From positions 1,756 to 65,755 of the IMG/VR virus record IMGVR_UViG_3300033493_000001: DNA of 64,000 nt; one strand, 5' to 3'. The notes below the pieces were generated by a model that was given only the letters and a program-made list of their open reading frames with translations, had not been told where the DNA came from and searched no databases. This DNA comes from a virus. Its lineage: Duplodnaviria; Caudoviricetes. Position 1 is the first letter of the stretch, and each line of letters opens with the position of its first letter. The position numbers and the translations under genes are program-made. Below are positions 9,073 to 18,001 of this stretch, one piece after another.

Positions 9073-9522
9073 GGATTGATGGCGGACTCTCACCGCCTTG
9101 GCGTTCCCGTACTGGCCAATGCCAGCTTGACCGCTAGGACGCAACGCCTAAGCAAACACTCTGCGCTTGATTGCTAGGCAAAATACGACACGTTGCGTCG
9201 TTGCCCAAGTCGCCATATTGATTGTTTCTGTGGTATGAAATCTTCAAAAAACTCTCGGGTTACCGCCCACGCTCCACTCTTGAGCTTCACGCGGAATTGC
9301 TCAGGAGCTTCCTGCCCGTGAACCTCAATAAACCGCGATGCCGGAACCAAGCATCGAATGGCAATCGCCCACTCATCCGGTAATTCTTCAATTGCAGGGG
9401 CCGCGCTAACCATTGTTACCCCTCCGCTTATCGATTTCCTGCGCCATAACAATGATAACGCACGGCAGAGACACGGCGAACCATAGTGAAATGATTATGC
9501 CGAATGTTTCGTTGCTCATATC

Positions 9523-10989
9523 TCACCCATACGCCGCCCTCTTCTTAGGTGGCGCGTCTTCGATCTCTTCTTCGGTCTGGTCGCGGTCTGGCTCGTCATT
9601 CCGCGGAACATCCTCAGGAGTTAGCCACATGCGGCGCTTAACGTACATCACCGCTTGGCTAACGGTATCGGTATAGTCCGCAGCCGGCGCTTCTCCGACA
9701 GGAAACGAGGCGACATAATTTATCACCTTGCGCGCCCACTCTCGATCCTCCGGGTAATAGACCAACCCGGAAGAAAAGTATGGCGTCGCCAAGTGCGCTC
9801 GTTGCTCCTTGTCGCCGTACCGCGCCGGATCAAATCCTCGGGCAGGAAGGCGAAGCTTTTTCATGTCCTGAATGAGCGAGATACCGGACGCCTTTCGCTC
9901 AATCAGCGCAACGTCTACGCCAAATCCCTTGTGATGTTTCTTGGCGTTCTCCCGAAGCTCCGGATACCCGACCCGACCATTCCACCCATCGAGTAGAATC
10001 ATGGCTGGCTGACTGCTCACGGGGTCGTCGAATACGCCCCACGTAGTTCTCGCGGAGTGCGCCGATTTCTCGTTGTCTTTTTTGTTGCGGTCGTGCTCAG
10101 TGAATGCCGTATCCCAACTGTCGAATATGTGATAGCACTCAGGGAGCGGCTGTTTTTTCGGCCACATCTGCCACCACTTGGCCTTGATGATGCTGGCCGA
10201 TTCGTCGCGGATCCGCCAGTTTCCACGAAGAAGGCGCTCTCTGTCCACCGTGGCTAGCGCATGCAGGTTTGCTGCGTACCCCGGATCCGCATCCATCAGA
10301 ATCCTGTTGTCCTCAATGGACGCCGCCACAAACGTAAAGCTTTTCGGTTCTCCCACCGTCGGATACTTACGTCTCAGCTCGTCAGGGTTATCTGCCCAGT
10401 AAAGAGCGTCATTCACTCGGACGAAATAACGAATCACCCCGGACCGCTTTTGTATCGGATAACCCGTCTCTTGATCTATCCACCATGCGATCAGCTCAGC
10501 GACAAACGAGTCCGGGTCCGGGTTACATGTGCCCCTGATGTATGGCCGCACGCCGCATGTTGAGCGATTACGACTCAGCATGTACCAAAACTGTTTTGCG
10601 CTGAAATGGGTCAGCTCATCGAACCCGATCAGCGGTATCTGCGCGCCCTGCCACGAAAGAACGTCGCTGTCGTACTCCAGATGGGAGAACGACACTGACG
10701 CGCCTGACCCAAATCGCCATTCGAGCGTTTGCTGTTTTGGCGTCGCCCCGAGTGCGCCGTAAATCTTTGTACTCTCGTCCCAGAGTCCGCCCTCATTCCG
10801 TATCTGAGGAGTGGTTCGCCGAAATATCACGGCTCCGAAATCTGCGTTCCCGGTATGCCTCAGCGCCTCCAGCAGCAGGGCAAACGACTTACCGCCGCCA
10901 GCCGCGCCGCCATAAATAGCGATGTCGGCCGGAGAACTGAGCCATGCCTCTTGTGGCCCTGGCTGCGGGCGGAGATCTCTATCTGCCAT
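9523..10989 (-). CDS. terL: Terminase large subunit
   Basis: Walker A GGAAGGGKS, Walker B IGFDELTHF, C-terminal nuclease with DSWDTA and DTVSQA. Confidence 0.95.
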   Translation of the reverse strand: MADRDLRPQPGPQEAWLSSPADIAIYGGAAGGGKSFALLLEALRHTGNADFGAVIFRRTTPQIRNEGGLWDESTKIYGALGATPKQQTLEWRFGSGASVSFSHLEYDSDVLSWQGAQIPLIGFDELTHFSAKQFWYMLSRNRSTCGVRPYIRGTCNPDPDSFVAELIAWWIDQETGYPIQKRSGVIRYFVRVNDALYWADNPDELRRKYPTVGEPKSFTFVAASIEDNRILMDADPGYAANLHALATVDRERLLRGNWRIRDESASIIKAKWWQMWPKKQPLPECYHIFDSWDTAFTEHDRNKKDNEKSAHSARTTWGVFDDPVSSQPAMILLDGWNGRVGYPELRENAKKHHKGFGVDVALIERKASGISLIQDMKKLRLPARGFDPARYGDKEQRAHLATPYFSSGLVYYPEDREWARKVINYVASFPVGEAPAADYTDTVSQAVMYVKRRMWLTPEDVPRNDEPDRDQTEEEIEDAPPKKRAAYG

Positions 10990-11461
10990 TGGTTGGGAGA
11001 TAGACGTGGACCACCTCTGCTGTCGTCTTCACGTCTTGCTCCGTCTTGTCGCGCCACTTTGCCGCCTGACGATTGCGCAACCAAAGGGACGCGGCTTGGG
11101 TGTCGGGTGGAATTTCCTTGATGGTCTCGACCGCTGCCGGGCCTTCATCATCGCCGCCGCCGCTCATGCGCGTTTCTTTCACGGTCATTCCCGTGGCGCG
11201 CTTATACAAGCTGGCCGCGACTTCGGCGTCCGCCAAGTCCTTCCCGCGTACGATGGACTGTAAAAATCCCGGATGCGCCGCCTTCCAATTGTTGATGGTT
11301 TTCTCCTCAACATGGAAAAAATCGGCCAACTCCTTGTCGGTCGCCCCGAGAAGGCACAACTTGCGCGCTTGTTCCGCGTATTCTTCGCGGTAGTCGGTCG
11401 GGCGACCGACGGGGCGCGCCTCTTTCGACGGCGCCTGCGTTTTCGGCGGTTTCCTCGCCAC
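10979..11461 (-). CDS. terS: Terminase small subunit
   Basis: GRPTDY..AEQARKLCLLGATDKELADFF...PPDTQAASLWL.NRQ..KWRDK; GTG start at 11461. Confidence 0.85.
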   Translation of the reverse strand: MARKPPKTQAPSKEARPVGRPTDYREEYAEQARKLCLLGATDKELADFFHVEEKTINNWKAAHPGFLQSIVRGKDLADAEVAASLYKRATGMTVKETRMSGGGDDEGPAAVETIKEIPPDTQAASLWLRNRQAAKWRDKTEQDVKTTAEVVHVYLPTNGR

Positions 11462-11489
11462 TACTCGCCTTCCTCTCCCGTTTGGATAA

Positions 11490-11990
11490 TCATTTCTTGC
11501 CCTTGCTCTTCGGCTTCTTTCCGGTCGCATAGCTCAGGCCCGTTGCATCCTGGCAGATAGCAATGGCCGCGCCTTTTGCTTTAGTCTTGTCGAGCTTGGT
11601 CACGCAGCGGCCAACTTTGGAGTCCTTGGGCATTGTCGCTTCTTCCAGTTTCCGGAATAGATGCGCCTGCAAATAAGCGAGCGCCTCATGATTGTCTTCG
11701 TCTACCCGAATGCCCTTACAGCTCAGGAGATACCACGCGATATGCAGGCACTCGCGGGCTTTTGTTTCGACTCGGCACCCCTCGTGGATGTACATAACGA
11801 ACCACGTCGTCCCGCCCGGATCCGTGAGCATGCCCGCCAGTCCATGCGCCGATTGCGTATCGTCCGGCTCTAGATCTCTTGCTGCATGCCATGCGTACCA
11901 CGATTCCGACGAGGTGCAGACGTCGACCTGCGTGTCGTACACATCTACATAGATGACGTGATCAGGCAAGGTGTCAGGCGTCACTTGCAA
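11490..11990 (-). CDS. Hypothetical protein, possibly two genes fused in frame (degenerate HExxH-like domain plus small basic peptide MPKDSK...)
   Basis: 166 aa; RECLH motif; internal ATG at about 11633. Confidence 0.5.
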   Translation of the reverse strand: MQVTPDTLPDHVIYVDVYDTQVDVCTSSESWYAWHAARDLEPDDTQSAHGLAGMLTDPGGTTWFVMYIHEGCRVETKARECLHIAWYLLSCKGIRVDEDNHEALAYLQAHLFRKLEEATMPKDSKVGRCVTKLDKTKAKGAAIAICQDATGLSYATGKKPKSKGKK

Positions 11991-12100
11991 CCCTTCTTGC
12001 CGTCCTTCTTCACTGCGCCACCGTCGGCCATGCCGGGCTTGGGGCGGCCCATCATGGGCTTGGGGTTCTTGCGCGGGGCGGGGGTTTTCTTAGGTTTCAT
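11981..12100 (-). CDS. Small Lys/Pro-rich protein with MADGG motif
   Basis: GGAG RBS; MKPKKTPAPRKNPKPMMGRPKPGMADGGAVKKDGKKGCK. Confidence 0.6.
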   Translation of the reverse strand: MKPKKTPAPRKNPKPMMGRPKPGMADGGAVKKDGKKGCK

Positions 12101-12468
12101 TTTCGGCTCCTGTAAATCGAGTATGTGGCGGCCATCACGGCCAGGTTGAAAAGCGACAGGCTCGCAGCCTCGGACACGATAGGCGATAACCACGCGCCGT
12201 ACATGCCGAGCGTCACGCCGTAGGCAATGATTGCATGCCAGTCGGCGCCCTCGGCTGCGTGGTGAATGGCGACGACCGCGGTGAGGCATAGCGCCAGCAT
12301 CGTCAACATGTCAGCGAACGCGGTCAGGTCATACTGGGCCGCCGATACCAGCATGCCGAGCGTAAGCGCGATTGCCGCAATCCCTCCCAGCGACATGACG
12401 CGAATCAGTGCGGCCATGTATTCGATCCCCTCAGTGATTGCGTCGGAACTCATCATCCAGGGCCTCAT
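12097..12468 (-). CDS. Multi-pass membrane protein of the lysis region
   Basis: Several hydrophobic segments. Confidence 0.6.
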   Translation of the reverse strand: MRPWMMSSDAITEGIEYMAALIRVMSLGGIAAIALTLGMLVSAAQYDLTAFADMLTMLALCLTAVVAIHHAAEGADWHAIIAYGVTLGMYGAWLSPIVSEAASLSLFNLAVMAATYSIYRSRK

Positions 12469-12709
12469 GTCGCGTCATCCGTTCCTGATCTGACTGGCGC
12501 TGTGTCTGGAGTGCGGTGATATCCCGCTCCAGCTGCCGCACGCGCTCAACCAGCGGCATGAATTGCTGCATGATCCACCAGCCGCCGAACGCAACAAGCC
12601 CGGCATAGACCAGTTTGAGCGGAACGCTGATTTTTGCTTTGTCAATGTCGATAGCCACACTGCGACTACCTCGCCCGCTCTGCGGTAGCACATGTGGTTT
12701 GGCGCGCAA
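12431..12709 (-). CDS. Single-TM plus coiled-coil protein (lysis region); true start probably the internal GTG (VAIDIDK)
   Basis: LVYAGLVAFGGWWIM followed by heptads. Confidence 0.55.
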   Translation of the reverse strand: MRAKPHVLPQSGRGSRSVAIDIDKAKISVPLKLVYAGLVAFGGWWIMQQFMPLVERVRQLERDITALQTQRQSDQERMTRHEALDDEFRRNH

Positions 12710-12997
12710 TTCCCCGATCGGGGGGTGTCTGGTGTTCGTTTGTTTGGTGTAGTTTCATCTCAACCCGCCTGATGTGTGCGTCAGGTGTGGCCAGGGGCAT
12801 GGAGGGCCCGCCAAGGTCCTCCCCGCCCCGCTCGTTTTATCTCGTTGATTTATCTGATGCTTTCTCTCAAAGGTGCAACGTTGCACCTTTAGCTGAATCG
12901 ATTGCGTATATCCCATTTGGGATATGTTGAACTAGTGCGCGATGCACTATTCTTTTTCCAACGCCGCGGATTGTCCGGGCGAGAAGGAGAAAGAACC

Positions 12998-13207
12998 ATG
13001 ATCACCGAATCCATGAAACTGACCAGCCGCCGCGATGCCACCACCTGGGCCGCCAACATGGGCGATCTGAGCGATGAGCAGATGGAGCGTGTAACTCGCT
13101 GGATCTGGGAAAACGCGCCGTCCATTGGGTGCACGTATGAGGAGCACCCCATCAACGGCATGGACCTCGAACAGTTCTGGCGCATTGTCGAAGGTGAGGC
13201 CGAATAA
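12998..13207 (+). CDS. Moron gene, hypothetical protein
   Basis: AGGAGA RBS; opposite strand to the late operon. Confidence 0.7.
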   Translation: MITESMKLTSRRDATTWAANMGDLSDEQMERVTRWIWENAPSIGCTYEEHPINGMDLEQFWRIVEGEAE

Positions 13208-13377
13208 TGGCCGGCCGCCAATCCGCAGCCACCGAGCGCGCCCTCGCCCGTATCAGGGCGGGGGTTAGCCCTCATGCTGCCGCTCTTGCCGAGGGTGTTG
13301 AGCCATCGACCATTTACCGCGCCCTCAAACGGGAGCGGGAGCGTGCGTCCACAGGGCGAAAGGGAGGGGGCGAGTAA
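13207..13377 (+). CDS. Small helix-turn-helix protein
   Basis: Not in track; coupled TAATG start; MAGRQSAATERALARIRAGVSPHAAALAEGVEPSTIYRALKR. Confidence 0.7.
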   Translation: MAGRQSAATERALARIRAGVSPHAAALAEGVEPSTIYRALKRERERASTGRKGGGE

Positions 13378-13398
13378 TTCGCCTCCTCCGCCCGCTCG

Positions 13399-13812
13399 TT
13401 ATTTGATTTTGGTCTTGTCCCAGCTCCGCGCCCCGGTATATCCGAGATAGCCGACGCCCATCAGGGTAATGATGTCGGACGGGATAGCTGCCAGCCAGGC
13501 GCGGAACCCGTCGGCGATAGCTGTCGCGGTCGCGGGCGAGAATGCGCTCAGGACGCCCATGGGGACGGCCATCAAAATCAGGAAATAGCAGACATACAGG
13601 AACGATGGCCTGGCCCGGCTCGTCCACGGGTCCGCGCTCTGTGCCTCGCTGATGATGGCGCTCATTCGCGTTTTCAGCTCATCGAGCTCGCCGGATTGCT
13701 GGAGGCGCATGAGTTCGAGCTGCGCTTTCGCTTTCTCGGCCGGATCAGGAATGAGCTTGTCAATGAGCTTGCCGCCGATGTCGAGCAGGCTGGTGAGTGG
13801 GTCTAGGCTCAT
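13399..13812 (-). CDS. Holin (3TM, GTA-holin-like)
   Basis: LLDIGGKLIDKLIPDP..WTSRARPSFLY..LGYTGARSWDK. Confidence 0.85.
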   Translation of the reverse strand: MSLDPLTSLLDIGGKLIDKLIPDPAEKAKAQLELMRLQQSGELDELKTRMSAIISEAQSADPWTSRARPSFLYVCYFLILMAVPMGVLSAFSPATATAIADGFRAWLAAIPSDIITLMGVGYLGYTGARSWDKTKIK

Positions 13813-14174
13813 CGATTATCCCAGCGCGCTTTCGCCGGCCTCACGTCAATATGGGTGCGCCCGACGTACCGGCCGACGCCGTACTTGTCTGGATATTTGG
13901 CTTCCAGGTAGTCGGCTACTCGATCGGGGTGGACGGCGTGCACTTTGATATCCGCAGCCATCGCCTTTGTGTGCTCCGAATCCGGCGCAGCCCCGGGTGT
14001 CTCGGCATTGTGTCGCTCGCAGCGATTGCCGCTCGTGATGCTCACGGGGGCGTCGAAATGCTCGTGCACATCCTCAAGGACGGCCAGCAGCTCTGCATCG
14101 ACGGCGGCGAATCCGCACTTCCCGCAGCGGCACGCGAATTCCTGCCGGCGGAAATGCGCGGATATGTCGCCCAT
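13809..14174 (-). CDS. Endolysin, peptidase M15 (D-Ala-D-Ala peptidase-like)
   Basis: HFRRQEFACRCG..SGNRC..HN..SEH...AADI..HIDVR. Confidence 0.9.
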   Translation of the reverse strand: MGDISAHFRRQEFACRCGKCGFAAVDAELLAVLEDVHEHFDAPVSITSGNRCERHNAETPGAAPDSEHTKAMAADIKVHAVHPDRVADYLEAKYPDKYGVGRYVGRTHIDVRPAKARWDNR

Positions 14175-14177
14175 CGC

Positions 14178-14312
14178 TCAGCCCTTGCGCGGCAACTTCT
14201 TCAGCGCCGCGCGGCCGAGCTTTACGCCGGCAACCGCGCCATCCTTGGCCATAGCCTTGACGGCCTGGCCGTGGGCTTTCAGATTTGCAGGCTTACTTGG
14301 TTTTGCTGCCAT
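14178..14312 (-). CDS. Small basic protein (44 aa)
   Basis: AGGAG RBS; MAAKPSKPANLKAHGQAVKAMAKDGAVAGVKLGRAALKKLPRKG. Confidence 0.55.
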   Translation of the reverse strand: MAAKPSKPANLKAHGQAVKAMAKDGAVAGVKLGRAALKKLPRKG

Positions 14313-15394
14313 TTTGAAACTCCTTTCTGTTGGTCTCTTGGTGTTACCGGCGAATCTTGGTTGGCCACTGCTTGCTTCAATCGCTCGCCAGCTTTATCAC
14401 ACCACTCTGCGCTTTTCTCAATTCCGATGAACTTGCGCCCATTTCGGATTGCCGCCTCTCCTGCGGACCCGCTGCCCATGAAACAATCGAGGATCACGTC
14501 GCCGGGGCGGCTGCTCGTCTTGATGATGTGCTCCAGCAGCGGCAGGGGCTTCTCGCAAACGTGTTTGCCGGGGTAGTGGGAAACAGTCTTGAAGTCCCAC
14601 ACGTCGGTATAGGGAACGTCTGCCGTGACGGCGAATGGCCGCCGCAGGTCTTCGTACTCGCGCCGCAGGTCTTCGTACTCGCGGCGGAGGTCTTCGTACT
14701 CGCGGCGGAGGAATTCGTACTCGCCAACGTTGAACAACTGGCGCAGCCATTCGTAATTAGCGGCGGTCGGAAGCGTCCATTGGACGCGCTCGAACCAGTG
14801 ACCCGCCATCCCGGTCACCGTGCGGCTCCCGGTCTTGCGCTGGAACTCTTCGGCTACCCGCCTTGTGGTGAATCCCGCCCGGTCGCGCTCCCCCGCCAAA
14901 TACGCCCGCAGCGGCTCAAACACGAACCCGCGCAACTCATCGCACTTGTCCTCGTAACCGGCCTCGCCCTTGGCGATGTTGTCGGCTCCGTAATGCTCGG
15001 CGAAGATGATTTCTTCTTTCTGCTCAAAAAATCGCCGGAGCGATTCCTTATTGGCTCTGCTCCATAGCCCGCCTTCGTTCACGGTCCCGTCATGCTTGCG
15101 CCATGTGATGCGATTCATGACGTTGAGTCTGGCCGAGATTAACATCTCTATCCGCGCCGCCATCTTTGGGCTGGCAAACACATACAGCGACCCATTCGGC
15201 TTCAGGATGCGCTGCCATTGCTCGCATAGCTCGCCCATCCAAGCTAGGAACTCCTCCGGCTTATCCCATTGGCGGTCCCAGTCTTCGCCCTTGACCTTGA
15301 AATAGGGCGGGTCGGTCGCGACCAAATCGACAGAATTATCCGGCATCTGCCGCATGACGCTCAGGCAGTCGCCCTGGATAATCTGGTATGGCAT
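14279..15394 (-). CDS. Orphan DNA N6-adenine/N4-cytosine methyltransferase (beta class)
   Basis: GDCL, DPPY, HVCEKPLPLL, ILDCFMGSGS. Confidence 0.92.
   Translation of the reverse strand: MPYQIIQGDCLSVMRQMPDNSVDLVATDPPYFKVKGEDWDRQWDKPEEFLAWMGELCEQWQRILKPNGSLYVFASPKMAARIEMLISARLNVMNRITWRKHDGTVNEGGLWSRANKESLRRFFEQKEEIIFAEHYGADNIAKGEAGYEDKCDELRGFVFEPLRAYLAGERDRAGFTTRRVAEEFQRKTGSRTVTGMAGHWFERVQWTLPTAANYEWLRQLFNVGEYEFLRREYEDLRREYEDLRREYEDLRRPFAVTADVPYTDVWDFKTVSHYPGKHVCEKPLPLLEHIIKTSSRPGDVILDCFMGSGSAGEAAIRNGRKFIGIEKSAEWCDKAGERLKQAVANQDSPVTPRDQQKGVSKWQQNQVSLQI
14641..14724. repeat. Four 21-bp tandem units encoding R(R)EYE(D/F)L heptads in the methylase
   Basis: gccgcaggtcttcgtactcgc-type unit x4. 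Confidence 0.9.
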
Positions 15395-15438
15395 AGGTCC
15401 AGAAGCGCAAAAGCCCGCACGTGGCGGGCTGGGTGAAT

Positions 15439-15513
15439 TGGTGGGCCTCCGGGGAATCGAACCCTGTTCGGCCGGTTATGAGCCGGTTGCATTTACCAAT
15501 ATGCGAAAGGCCC
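15439..15513 (-). tRNA. tRNA with CAT anticodon (Ile2 or elongator Met)
   Basis: GGGCCTT/GAGGCCC acceptor, CT-CAT-AA loop, GGTTCGATTCC T-arm, encoded ACCA. Confidence 0.9.
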
Positions 15514-15517
15514 AAAT

Positions 15518-15546
15518 GAAAAAGCCCTCCGAAGAGGGCTTGGGTT
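15518..15546 (-). terminator. Late-leader terminator (tR'-like)
   Basis: AAGCCCTC-TTCG-GAGGGCTT followed by T tract. Confidence 0.85.
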
Positions 15547-15790
15547 GCTTGGGTGATGCTGGCCGGTGCTGGTCTCCGGCTCATGGTCAGATTCAGCCGC
15601 GGATCCGGGTTACCAATCCCGGGTACGGAGAGAGGTCCGCCTATCCTCGCCCGTCAGCCCGGGCATTCAGCATCATTGATCGATGTCATACGGCTGGCGA
15701 CCGGCCCCGATTCAGGCCGGTGGCTGGCTCTTTCGGTCGCCATGCGTATGACTGTTGCGTCGTAATGGCAACTTTCGCCACCTAGCATAC

Positions 15791-15819
15791 ATGGTACAAA
15801 ACGCGGAAATGGAGGTCAA
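15791..15819 (-). promoter_or_regulatory. Putative late promoter (pR'-like)
   Basis: TTGACC-17 bp ending TG-TACCAT, downstream of the Q-like gene and about 250 nt upstream of a strong terminator. Confidence 0.7.
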
Positions 15820-15826
15820 GCGGGAA

Positions 15827-16126
15827 TTACGATGGATCCTCTGTCGCCCACATCTCGACTTCATAATCGGCCGGGATGCGGTCAGTGTCGAATTTCATGA
15901 TCTGATAATCTCCGCACGAAATTTTAAAATCCTTCCTGGTGCAATCGGTAAATTCGACGCCGGGATAGGTAACGGCGAGCGCCCGCAATTGAATTTCCTG
16001 CCGCTTCGCCGAGTCCAGCGGGCTGTGCCCGCCATACTGGCGACTGCACAGATCGGCCGCATACGCTATTGATACCGGGCGCCACACCGTCGATTCCGCG
16101 TGATTCATGAATAGTCTGATCATCAC
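15827..16126 (-). CDS. Hypothetical moron protein
   Basis: 99 aa, GAGG RBS. Confidence 0.6.
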   Translation of the reverse strand: MMIRLFMNHAESTVWRPVSIAYAADLCSRQYGGHSPLDSAKRQEIQLRALAVTYPGVEFTDCTRKDFKISCGDYQIMKFDTDRIPADYEVEMWATEDPS

Positions 16127-16138
16127 CGTTATCCTCTG

Positions 16139-16438
16139 TTAGTTGGCGAAATATTTTTCGATGGCCATGGCCAGATGGGCCTCGTTTCCGGTCCCGATTG
16201 TCCATTTGCGATTCTCGATGAACCACTCGGCGCTCATAATTTCCGGGAGTCTGCGGAGCGCGGCTACGTAGCGGTCCATATCGTCGATCATCACCTGATA
16301 ATCGGGGCTGCTCGCCAGTTTCTCCGCATATTTCGCTCTGCGGGCCTCTAGCGCCGGGATCCCGTTGGCCGCGATTTTCTCCATCCCAGATTTGATTTCC
16401 GTGGCCCACGCGATTTGTTTTTCTGATCCGGTCAACAT
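16139..16438 (-). CDS. Moron protein with LTGSEKQIAWA motif
   Basis: ATG at 16438 supplied by the repeated promoter/RBS unit. Confidence 0.75.
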   Translation of the reverse strand: MLTGSEKQIAWATEIKSGMEKIAANGIPALEARRAKYAEKLASSPDYQVMIDDMDRYVAALRRLPEIMSAEWFIENRKWTIGTGNEAHLAMAIEKYFAN

Positions 16439-16520
16439 TTTCTTCTCTCCCCTTCTGCCCCCGGCCATCCGGTGAGCTTGAATACAGTCTAGTCCCGTTT
16501 TGGGACTATTGCAAGGGGGG
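16436..16520 (-). repeat. 85-bp promoter-operator-RBS-ATG unit, copy 1
   Basis: TTGCAA-17-TAGACT with TAGTCCC-N5-GGGACTA palindrome; near-identical to 17318-17402. Confidence 0.9.
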
Positions 16521-16835
16521 TTCACCATTATTTTCGGTAATCTTGTCCGGCGGCGTGAGCGCATCCGCAATCGCCCGCGCCGATCGTGCGCTGATGCCGT
16601 GCGCGCCGAGGATTCGCGGGGCAACGACACGCGCCATTGCTCGCAGCACGTTCGGGGGCGGGGTGCGTTTTCCGTCGCGCCACTCGTAGATCCTATTTTG
16701 CCGGATTGGCCGGCCGGTTGCGGCGGCAATATCGCGCACCGCATCAGCGAGCGTGCGGCCTGGGGTCGCCGTCGACACGGCGATCCAGGCTTCGATCAGG
16801 TTGGCTGGAGCGACCAACTTACAATCGCTCCTCAA
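16506..16835 (-). CDS. HTH (Cro/CI-like) DNA-binding protein
   Basis: TLADAVRDIAAATG..IRQNRIYEWRDGKRTPP. Confidence 0.65.
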   Translation of the reverse strand: MRSDCKLVAPANLIEAWIAVSTATPGRTLADAVRDIAAATGRPIRQNRIYEWRDGKRTPPPNVLRAMARVVAPRILGAHGISARSARAIADALTPPDKITENNGEPPLQ

Positions 16836-17019
16836 TCAACCGTTGATTAGTCTCGGCATCAGCGACCACAATTTTCGGCCCGTAGCCCACATATCCCCAT
16901 GCCGGAAACGACTCGTGGGCGTATTTGATGGCCAAGGCTTTTGCCTCCTCGATAGTCCCTTCGTGGTGGTGGGTAACGCCATCCTGCTGGGCGGTATAGG
17001 CGGAGTAGGTCAGTTTCAT
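16819..17019 (-). CDS. Hypothetical moron protein
   Basis: 66 aa ORF. Confidence 0.65.
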   Translation of the reverse strand: MKLTYSAYTAQQDGVTHHHEGTIEEAKALAIKYAHESFPAWGYVGYGPKIVVADAETNQRLIEERL

Positions 17020-17032
17020 TTCCGGATCCCTC

Positions 17033-17320
17033 TTAGCTGTGATATTCGCCGCCAGCCATCATGCGGGTGATGGCGTTGCGGCCCTTGATGTATTCGGCCT
17101 CGGCAATGTCGGCGGCGGTGGGGACAAAAGCGGATTCGATCTCTTTTGTGACGATGCGGTAGGCGATGCATTCGCCGCGACCCGCCTTGCGAGTGGCCTC
17201 CTTAATTTTCGCAAAGTCGGAGCGCGAGATAGTAACCATGTCCGCCTTGACGATGGTCTCAACGAGACCAGTCGGGCGACGGACATCGATCTCAATGTGG
17301 CTGGTGACTTGGACTTTCAT
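17033..17320 (-). CDS. Hypothetical moron protein
   Basis: ATG at 17320 from repeat copy 2. Confidence 0.7.
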   Translation of the reverse strand: MKVQVTSHIEIDVRRPTGLVETIVKADMVTISRSDFAKIKEATRKAGRGECIAYRIVTKEIESAFVPTAADIAEAEYIKGRNAITRMMAGGEYHS

Positions 17321-17402
17321 TTTCTTCTCTCCCCTTCTGCCCCCGGCCATCCGGTGAGCTTGAATACAGTCTAGTCCCCGTTTGGGACTATTGCAAGGGG
17401 GG
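17318..17402 (-). repeat. 85-bp promoter-operator-RBS-ATG unit, copy 2
   Basis: Direct repeat of 16436-16520. Confidence 0.9.
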
Positions 17403-17416
17403 ATTATGAAATATTT

Positions 17417-17983
17417 TCACTCGCACAATCCCTCTTCCCGATACACGTCCAGCAGCCGCCCATGAGCCCCATCCAGCAGCGCATCGAGGATAGGAATCAT
17501 CCCGCTGTGCTCGCTCCAGCCGGTGCGCCAGTTGCGCAGCGTTCGCCGGGTAGCTCTCAGATGCTCCGCCCACCACGCATCATCGTGCTCGCGCTGTCCG
17601 TGCCTGTTCCACCCTCGCATCACGTCGCAGAGATACCAGCGGTCCGGGATCTGCCCCATCTGCTCCCACAAGCGCCAGCTGAGGAGGCGCGTAGAGCACT
17701 CCTTGCGGCCCTCCAGTGTTATTCCCTGGGGCACGGTGTAGTAGGCGTCCAGCACGTCGCGCATTTGCTCCGGGAGTGAGCGGCGCATCAGGCCGAGGAC
17801 GAACACGGATTGCGCGGTCTGGTCGTAGGGCGAGACTGTGACAGTCGAGCGGATGGCGCCGTGACGTGGATCGCTGCTCATCATGCACACGGATAGGGAC
17901 TCACCCCTGTAGGCCGCCTCAAGCGCGTGCTCGACGCTACGGAATGGAGCGTTACTCAGTTTTACGGCTGCCGCCATACTCAT
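17417..17983 (-). CDS. Putative late antiterminator (Q-like)
   Basis: Last gene of the nin region before the late promoter; C-terminal HTH-like segment. Call is mainly positional. Confidence 0.55.
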   Translation of the reverse strand: MSMAAAVKLSNAPFRSVEHALEAAYRGESLSVCMMSSDPRHGAIRSTVTVSPYDQTAQSVFVLGLMRRSLPEQMRDVLDAYYTVPQGITLEGRKECSTRLLSWRLWEQMGQIPDRWYLCDVMRGWNRHGQREHDDAWWAEHLRATRRTLRNWRTGWSEHSGMIPILDALLDGAHGRLLDVYREEGLCE

Positions 17984-18001
17984 TCCTCTCGCGCTCGATG
18001 A

